Shown here in pieces: positions 54,631-64,000 of a DNA stretch of 64,000 nucleotides. The notes below the pieces were generated by a model. That model worked only from the letters and a program-made list of their open reading frames with translations, did no database searches and was not told the origin of the DNA. Both the position numbers and the translations under genes were made by a program. Every line of letters starts with the position of its first letter. The first letter of the stretch is position 1. Where the stretch lies: the NCBI GenBank assembly GCA_000165425.1, contig CT868430.1, positions 372,001-436,000 of the forward strand. The letters are read 5' to 3'. The DNA comes from Paramecium tetraurelia (taxonomy: Eukaryota).

Positions 54631-56619
54631 GTGGTACAATAGTTGTGGGGTCAAATATTTACGAGACTGAATTCTTGGACGAAATTTTTATCTATTATGG
54701 CAACAAGACCAACAACACCATTGGCTTTAAGGATGGGTTGATAATTAGTCCAAAAAAAATGGAATTGCCAGAATATAAAATGAATAGATCTGAACGAGGA
54801 GAAATCATCATGGCAATAATTAAGGAAGCCATGAATCTGATGGAATACTCAAAGTTATCAGATATGGGCATTATTAACATGTTTGAATTACAATACATAA
54901 ATCAATTGAAATCATATCCATCACTAAGATTTTAATTGATGGATAGAGAGCAGCCATCAGTGTTAATGGATGTTCGTAAATCCTATTTTACTATGCATAA
55001 TTGTTACTAAATAATTAAGACTTTAAATACAGATCCCTCCACATATTTTAAGAATAAATTTGTGCTTTTGAGGTACCCTGAAAAAAAAATGATTGTTCAA
55101 ATTAAATCAGTTGTGCTTGATTAAGAGTTCACATATAAGGGTTTATCTTTGGAAGACTACTTTAAATAAAAATATTAATTGAGGAGCAAATCAAGTGTTT
55201 ATTTAGAAACATACAACACTCAGAATATTAAGAAATAATTCTTAATTGCAGAATTTTGTGAATTGAAAATAGATTATATTGAATAAGATGTCACTGTGTA
55301 TTGTCAACAGCTGGAATATTGGAATAAAATTATTAATAATAGTTCATCATTTATTTAATTCTTAAATTAGTATAAATTCATAATCAGAAATGAGTAAGTT
55401 GAATTCAAGTAATAATACTTAGAACCTGGAAATTTAGCATTAAATAATCAAACTAAATCAATATTTTAGATTGTGGCCTCCAGAACATCAAGTGAATTTG
55501 AGTACTACTACACTGATTTCTTTCTTAAAAATCCCACTTCTTTTACAACCTCACTGACCATCAATAAATTGATGATTTTAGTAACTAGAGAAATCATTGA
55601 ACTTAGAGACAACTTTAAATCATTTTTAGAAAAATTTGATTTATTCATCAAATCCAGATAATACAAAATATCATAACCATAAATTTATGATATAAATAAT
55701 AATTTGAATGAAATCCTAGAAAAATATGTCACTGAAGATGCATATGTACTTTTTGTTGGAGATCAAAATACAGATTTTATCTAAGCAAGAAATACTTTGT
55801 TATCCAAGGCCATTCCTAATTAAATAATTATTCTTCCCATATAAGATTAAGAAATAAATAGATTATTAGCCATGATGACTGCCAATCTTGGTAGTGTGCC
55901 TTGGGCTATTAGAGAAATTAATGGATTAATTACTAATAAAAAGAGCGCTGTCTTAGGTATCTGGAAAAGCGAGAATTCTTATTCTGCATGTCTCAGCATC
56001 AATAAATATCTCAACAAGTATATATCCTCGTTTGGAGATTTAGATTAAGTTCTAACCCTTCTTTTAGCCACTTATTATGCCACCCATAAAATATTGGCTA
56101 ATTAAATCATTGTGTTTGCTTAAGATGATTATACACAGATTATGGAACAAAGAATTCTAGGAGTCATTTAATTGATAAGAGATCAAGGATTGGCATAGCA
56201 AATCTTAAAACCTGAAGTTGTTATGGTTTAAGTAAAGGATGCCACGGCAGAAAGATACTTCACATATTTTGAAAGAAATTTGTAATATATTATTTCTATC
56301 TTATTCTAGTGAATCTTACTATTGTAAAAACCCTTAAGTAGGTTGTATAATCCCCATCAATGAGAAGTAAGGGAGATTTTCATTCCATTCTTAGAGAGGA
56401 GAACAAGGATGTTTATAAGCCTAATAATTACATATTAGTTCAACCAACACAAAAGAAATCGCTTAATTATACTATCATCTGATTTTCTTAAATTTCGATT
56501 TGAGTTCCACCACTTATTTACCTGCACCACTTCATTATGCCAAAAAATTGTCAAAACACCAAATTTAGAGTGAACAATACAAAAAAGCAATAGAAAAAGG
56601 ATTTTTGTTATTTGTTTGA
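54627..56619 (+). CDS. divergent Piwi/Argonaute-family protein (PAZ-MID-PIWI), predicted catalytically inactive
   Basis: 654-aa code-6 ORF with one 28-nt intron (56282-56309). PAZ-like EDYFKQKY and LIAEFC, MID IPNQII and ANLGSVPWAI, PIWI NPQVG and LPAPLHYAKKL, C-terminal LLFV. Confidence 0.85.
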
Positions 56620-56733
56620 GTATGATTTATACCATGATCTTATAAAAAAAATTTATGATTTGGATTAATCAGGATAAGAAAATTGAATATTTAGTTATCA
56701 CTAATATTTTAATAATGTTCAATATATTATATC

Positions 56734-57046
56734 TCACAATTGAGTCACTGTATTTGGCACTGTTCTTTAATAAAGCAATACTTATTTTGAATAGAAATCT
56801 GGTACTGCTTGATATTCAACTTTTTGCTATTAAATATTTTAATCTAAAATTTACTCTCTTATATAAGTATGGGAATGTTATTCCATTGAATGTGTTAAGG
56901 TAGATTACCAAAGTTCCACCGACCAACAATCCCAAGTATGCTTGAATTCCTACTCTGGCTCCATAATAAACTGGATTCAATGAAAACTTTAATGACTTTG
57001 GAAAATGTTTGCTTAATTGCTCAAACTTACTGTTGTCCATGGCCAT
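56734..57046 (-). CDS. small single-pass membrane protein
   Basis: The ORF-track frame with hydrophobic AYLGLLVGGTLVIYL extends via a tiny intron to TGA 56734. Confidence 0.6.
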
Positions 57047-57088
57047 TTTTATTTATTAAATTTATATATATAATTTCTATATTTATAT

Positions 57089-60000
57089 TCATTTATATTT
57101 CCTCATCAGATAGCATAATTTTTTTGGTATTCCTTTCTAAAATAATGTTTCCAAAGGAATCTATCTAATGCTTTCTCTCCCTAAATCAAATTTCTATGAA
57201 AAGCTCAATATTACATAAATTTCTATATAAAGAGTGAAAAGTAACATAGGGATACCAAAGATTAAAATGTAAATAATATTGGATTCAGTTAATTTATTTA
57301 AAGTAGAGATAGTCAAATTTAAAAAGTATTAACAAAACCAAGAAATTTAATATTGTGTGGCATCAAGACCATAAAAAATGTATAAAAGATAATTATTAGA
57401 ATTGTGCATCTAAAAGATCCCATTCGTCCTTTGTTCAGGAGTTAAGGACTCATCACTTATCAAATATTCATACTCGATAATCACCTGCAACGTGTTTTTA
57501 AGTAATTGCATGAGACCAATTTAGTAATAATCCAATAAAACATCAGAAAATACTCTATTCTTTAATAATTCCGAACTCATATTACAACCAATTAGCAAGC
57601 AAACATCTTTCCCAATCAAGATCTATTTATTCTGCTCTGATATTAATAGATTTTAGTTTTACTCCTTGGCATTTCTATACAACAAATCAGTTAAATCATA
57701 AGCCTACAAAAGTTTAATTTGATTGAGTAAAAATGCTTTATCAATTTCCAATAAACTAAAAAGTTGTTAATTATTTTGTATGTTCTAATTAGAATAATTA
57801 AAATAATTATTCTCGTAATAAAATTGCTTCAGCAAATAAGTATCCCACAAATTGATAGTGATTATAAAATTCAATCTCATAAGCTAAGCTTCTATTTCTC
57901 TTGTAGTTGCAGGAGCAATTCCTGAAGCTACATAATCATAATAAATTTGGAAAACAGCCGAGAAGCTGATTTTTAGGATAACCAATATAAGATACACGAT
58001 TATATATTTTCTAATCGACAAGGTTGGTGAATTACGAAACATTTTTTTAGCTTCTATCGCAGATTTATTTTTATTATTCTAATTTTTATTGTTATCTATC
58101 AGAACTGCCATCTAGTTTGTTTCTTAATATTGTATTAATGTCAGGATGTTAGTCGGAATTAATTTAATTTAATCGAAATGATTTTGTTTAACTAAAAGAT
58201 TATCTTGATTGATACTATTCTACAATCTATCGTAGGAATCTATGATAAATTCGCACTCATCAAATTCTAGAGTTATAAATTGATTTAAATAAATTTGAAT
58301 TACCTTTTTTAATCTGAAAATTGCTAAACCATGGAACATTCCAAATAGCAATGCTATACAATATATCAACACAAAAATAATTGAAACTAATTGATCGTAT
58401 TATCCATTTATTTTATCATTATAATCATTGCAATCATAAAGAGATTGATTTACTACAGATATGATGTTCTGATAATTAAAATATAAAAAATATCTGTTTC
58501 TTAATCTAAAATTTAAAATGTTAAATACCCTATATTGCTTTCATTATTATTCTATAAATACATGTTCAGGGATACATCATTCTAAAATGTCATATACAAC
58601 AATTAATATAAAGTTGTGTAATGAGTTGCAAAGTTGTTTAATGTTTGGCTCTTCACTTGTAAATTAGAAAAATCAGGGTAAGATAAATTCACTGGCACAT
58701 CCTCATAAGTTTATAGAATATTTGAATAGATTTAAAACTTTCCTATAACTCCTTGGGAACCTTGAACTAGCAGATCCCATGATATATTTATGCGATCTGT
58801 ACTTGTAATAGTAATGATCCCATTATCAACTTTCAATTTGATAGGATCAAAAAGGGTCTAAAAATTAGAGTTAAATATCATATGTCTAGACCCAGACAAT
58901 ACCGAACTGTAACCATTAAAATAATTGATATCTTCAGTACTATTGATTATGCAATTCGATTAAATCACTTTTTTTAAAAAATAAACAGCACAGATTAATG
59001 CTATAATAACTATTGTCATCAATAGATGAATTGAGACTATTCCATAAGTGGCTATAAATACTGAAGGATAGCGATTATCCTAAAGAAATTCAAAAAATTT
59101 ATGAATTCGATTTGGAATATTAATAATAGAAGAATTTTAACTTTGAATCTCCTGGAGATGATGCTGATATTCTATAAATTTCATTTAAGATTTTCTTCTA
59201 TTGTTGTTTAAAGGAGGCTCTTAAATCATTTATTATTCTTCACCATTATGAGATATCATCTTATCACTAGTGATAAGGTTAACACTATCAAATTAATATT
59301 ATAATATTGTCGATCCTCTTTAAAAATCAATATTTTTAGATGTAACTTGTTGCTGCTTTAAAAACTATTTACTTTTTATTTGTTATTCTATTTATACATT
59401 GAAATCTTCCAAGAATTCTATTTCTATCAAATAATATAAAAAAGATTCTAAATTTTACTCACTGCTATAAGGATGCAAAATCCTTTGGGTAAGAGTAAAT
59501 TCTATGGGGTAATATTTTGTATTCTAATCCGCTTGCGAATTTTACACCATCATTGCCTATTCAATCACATGGAGAAGTAATTTTTTATTAGTAAGCTTGG
59601 ATAGTGACATTCGTTTAAGATCTGGTTTTTATTCTGACTTTTGTTATTTATTGGGTTGGATATTGATTTTCATAAGCCCTTTTTCTTTAACAAAAATTAC
59701 TTCATTTTCTCTCAAAATACCTCCTTGCATCTTTTCGTAGTAATTCTACAAATTTGATTACAATTAGGGAATAATACTAAAAATACTACAATTATTATAA
59801 ATTTCTTCAGGAGTAATTAATTCAACATCTTAATTCCTTTTGTAATAGTACTTGTAATTTAGTTTTTAATAAAGATTCTGTGTCATTCCAAATATCTTAA
59901 ACTCTTTATCCAAAAGCAGATGTCCTTTTAAATTTTAATCTTGCTAATTTTGTTAAACTTTAGAAGTCTTTTAAATATGTGCTATCATGTAGAATGACAA

Positions 60001-62175
60001 TTCTCTTAGATTTACTGGAAAAAAATAACTTAAACACAACTTAACTTATTCAATCAGGTTTTTTTTATTTAGAATGAATGCAAGGGAAGAGTTATTTATT
60101 CTATCGCTCTGTCCTTTAAAAAAGAAATTTTCAACCAATCCAGAATGCACATTACCTAATTTGCTTGGCATTAAATCTTTTATATGAGTAAATGGTTATC
60201 CATCTTCTTCGCTGAATCCAAAAAACTATTTAAATTCAGTAGTTATTTTTTATTCTAATCTGCCTTAGTGTTCTGGACTAATGTTAGAAATTATTGAGAG
60301 TGCTGAGCCTGTAAGAAATGATAAATCATTGAAGTTATTGATATTAATATCATATTGATAAGCTGATTCAAGTTCGTTTAGTTGTTATTAAATTTTTAAA
60401 GTCAATTTAAGATCTTGGTAAATTATTAAATAATACAACAATTTAATTTTTAATGAGTAGATCGTTTCTTTAGTTTAATTCCTATATTTTTAATATTCTT
60501 CAAATTAAATTCGAGATACTTTTTTTAATTTCTAAACCTTCTCAACAGCATTTAATAAATGATCAAAATTAATCAGCTAATTTTTTTGGTAGTCCTCCCA
60601 TAACTTCTTTTGACAAACAAGGACTTGCTATAAACTTTATATTATTGAATCTCCTAAAGTATACAAAATATTGATATCGGTAATAATGAAGTATTCTTAT
60701 TGGCTTATCTTAATTTGTTTCAAGGATTAACTCATCAAGTTTACTCTGCATTTTTACCAGATCAAATATAATATAGTACTTGTTACATCAAACTTCTTTT
60801 CTTTTTTTTGAAATTATTTTTTAATTTCAATACACTAATAAATAGTTTTGCATGTCAAAACATGATTTTCAAGGTAAAATCTTTGAAATGACAAATAATT
60901 GAGGATTATTAAATCATATTCTTGTTAATTATAATATTTAATCTGTTTCCCTCTAAGTTGATTTTTAAAAAGATGTAGAATCCATTTTTTTAAAATAAAC
61001 TTCTTTTGGGTTTTTTGTTTTCTTGTACCTTTTAACAAAGTAATTCTGTCAATATCTAACACCTAACACTCTTTGCAAGGGCATAAGACATCAAGGCAAT
61101 TATTTTTATGTATCAATAATTGTATTAAGAGTTCAATGCTTTGGGACTATTCACAAATAAAGTATTCAATAGATTAAACTAAATAACAGTTATTGGATCC
61201 AATACAAAATTCTTAGATTATATTTTATATTTTTCTCTTGAGCATGGAATCAACAACGTACCATAATAACTACAATATATCAAAATGTTACTTGACAAGA
61301 AATAAAAAAAGTAAAGAAAATAAATTTATCGTTTTCAGACGAAACTCTCCAAACAATTAATAGTAAATTGAAAAGTGCGCTTAATATCGAAATTTGATAA
61401 AATAAAATTGATGAGGATGTTAAACCAAAGGCAAATTTCTGAGCAATTCTTAAATGCAATAATATGATCACACAATGAAGCATATGCATTATTATTTATG
61501 ATTCTTTCTCTTAATATATGATTGATAAAGTAATATAGCAAACTATGAGGGGACTTAACAAGAAAGATTCTATAAAATTATATTTGAGTAAATCAGTTTA
61601 GTGGATTTCTCTTTTTTTAAAAAAAAAGGTTGAAGTAATTGAATTAAGTTATACTAAGATTGTGCCTATGATACTTAAAAATAATGTTAGAGAATTATCC
61701 TGGGTATTTAACTAACTATTATGGTAGTTTAACCCTATCCACTAGCTTAAAGATTGACTAAAAATAGTTTATAATGGACACAGAAGGATCCAATTAAAAT
61801 AAAGAAAATAAACTTTAATTATTCTAGATTACTAGGTATAGATTGTTCATATTTTACTTAGAGTTTTAGAATAGAGCAGATAATTACTGCTACTAAAATT
61901 ACGATTAGAAATAATAGTATAGCCCATAATAGAAAGTCAAGGCTAAAATAATTTACAGCTTCTGTGATAATATTGGCATTAGATAAAATAGTAAACATAT
62001 ATTGGTTTTCTTAAACTATATTTGAATTTCGTTTCTGATCCATTACTAAAAATCCATTTAGTTAAAAAAAATATATCCATAGAATGAACTGTTCAACAGC
62101 CGTGTGTTTGGTTAATTTCTAATCGTTATCCATAATTGAGATCTGTAGCAAAAATTCGAAAATCCTTTGAATCAT
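57089..62175 (-). CDS. large multi-pass membrane protein with PAS-like domain (TmcB/TmcC-like)
   Basis: About 1,700 codons: an N-terminal TM bundle, PAS-like IKDLMPSKLGNVHSGLVENF, and C-terminal TM plus IRQIPLETLF. Confidence 0.75.
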
Positions 62176-62247
62176 TAAGCGTATTATTAAATATTGAAAT
62201 TAATTTAGAACTAATCAATCAAACATATAAATTATAAGATCATAAAA

Positions 62248-64000
62248 TCATTTTTCATATTTTCTTCGAAAGCTTTCTAAATGTTTTGGAATGTTTCTTT
62301 AAAATAAGATAGGGAGTGGTATAGATTTGATGATAGCTTTTGAAAGCAGATATCTGTTGAATTAATAATATCCAAACGTAATTTAGAATGCTAAAACAAA
62401 GATAAACATCAAGATTCCTATTGAAATGATAAGGGTTTAATTGTCCTTAGTTAATTTATCTATAGTTTATGACGAGATATCTAAGAAGTATTGACTAAAT
62501 TGACTTATCTGAAATTAAATGATATCGATTCCCCATAACATATAAATCAGATATTCACTATCATCGAATATGCTTTCCAATGCAATAGCTTTCTCTAAGT
62601 AAGATTATTATCTAAATATTAATTAAGAGGCTCCTTCTACAAAAGATAGCACTTTAGATTAGAGATGAACAATTCCAGTTTAAAAAAGAGGAATAAATGT
62701 CTATTAGTACAGCCTATCATATAATAATTGAGTTTGCATATCACAACCTGTTAAAAGACATACATCTTAACCTAAAAGCTAATCTTATTGCGAAGCATTG
62801 AGTCCAGAATTGGATTGATCAGCAGTTAGAATCAGACTTGTAAAATCTATCATCTTTAACCTTGAGATATCTTCTTAAATCAGTTCTTCATCTATTTCTA
62901 ACAAATTCAAAATCTAAGTATTAGTTTATATGTTTCTCGTTTTGAGTTGATGACCTGGATCAGAATTATTAAGTTACGCGTAAGTTTCAAAATACTATTT
63001 TATTAAAAATAAGTCAAATCTATTAGCAGCTACTATAAAATTCAACCTGTTTTCTTAAGCTAAAATGGCTCTATTGCTAATAGGTCCAATAGATTTGGTT
63101 ATTTAAAGATAATAAAGTAGAAAAGCCATTACATATGAGATAATGATTATTGAGACTATGACAATGGAAAAAATAGAGCAAAAGTTTGAATATTTAGAAC
63201 TTTCTTAGATCTCTCTTTAATTAACCCTTTTTTTCTAAACAACTACAACTGTAGCTTTATTTTAGCTTTTTCTAATATCATCCAAAAAGCATTTAGGCAA
63301 GCTCAAAATTACACTATAATCTTTCTCTCTTAAGAAGATCCTGTTATATGACACCATACTTATTAATTAATCACATTAATGAATGATCTACACACAATCC
63401 TCCTTATCACACATTTAAAATAATTTGAGATAGATTTTGATAGTGTGAACTACCTTCAGATAATTAATAATCAAAGCTGTCAATTACAAAATAAGAATTA
63501 TAAAGAATCCAACAAATTAATAATTAACTATCTAATCAAAATAATCATTCATCTCAGTGTTATAAACATGACAATCCTCTAGAGTTATATTAGCACTCTC
63601 ACTGACATCAAAAAAGTTATAATAAATTTGTGATCTTGCAATTTAAGTTGGGTATGAATCATTTCTCCCAGATAAATAAGTTTAAGGTGAGGATGAAAAT
63701 GTCTTATAAGACAAAAAGAATGATGAATGCATTATCTGATAATAAGTAGAATAATCTTATACTGTTTGAGATATTTTGCTTTTCAAATCGAAATTGATAA
63801 AATAAATTGTAATAAGTTTAATTTAGCTTTTTGCAGCTATTTCTTTATAACTTGAATACATATCGTTGAGTCGAACACTTCCTTTTGCAATATGCTACCA
63901 GGCCATATATATTTTATCATATCTGGTAATATTTATCTCATCATTATTGAATGGAATAATTGTGTCCTTTTATAATGGATAAAAATCTCTATAATAGATT
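62248..64000 (-). CDS. 3' part of a tandem paralogue of the PAS-like membrane protein
   Basis: Open frame running off the window. Its C-terminus IKSIPLPILFQRNIPKHLESFRRKYEK resembles IRQIPLETLFQKGIPKKLCYLMRKYK of the neighbouring gene. Confidence 0.7.

Noticed and set aside
63355..63373. Apparent gene boundary (TGA then ATG) on the minus strand
   Set aside because: The TGA is out of frame, and the coding frame reads through (HQCDQLISMVSY).

Overview
AT-rich, gene-dense eukaryotic DNA of a ciliate macronuclear chromosome, Paramecium-like. Reading frames open only if TAA/TAG = Gln and TGA is the sole stop (code 6). Genes carry 20-30 nt GT..AG introns and very short intergenic spacers, so the supplied standard-code ORF track shows only fragments. 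About 40 genes were reconstructed by eye: MORN proteins, WDR26-like, a cNMP-binding protein, TCTP, SART1/Snu66, cyclophilin, ataxin-3/Josephin-UBX, Roadblock/LC7, DRC4/GAS8, PKG, Alba, DUSP, kinases and tandem PAS-type membrane proteins. The standout locus is a short (about 654 aa), highly divergent, apparently slicer-dead Piwi/Argonaute gene (54627-56619). Its ATG overlaps (ATGA) the TGA stop of an upstream multi-TM receptor/TKL pseudokinase gene. Other oddities are a PHF5/Rds3-like multi-CxxC zinc module possibly fused to an LRR protein, a secreted (KKAEEA)16 repeat protein, and a decayed TPR region containing an imperfect inverted repeat next to an assembly gap. All gene models and family calls come from manual translation and motif recognition, not database searches.
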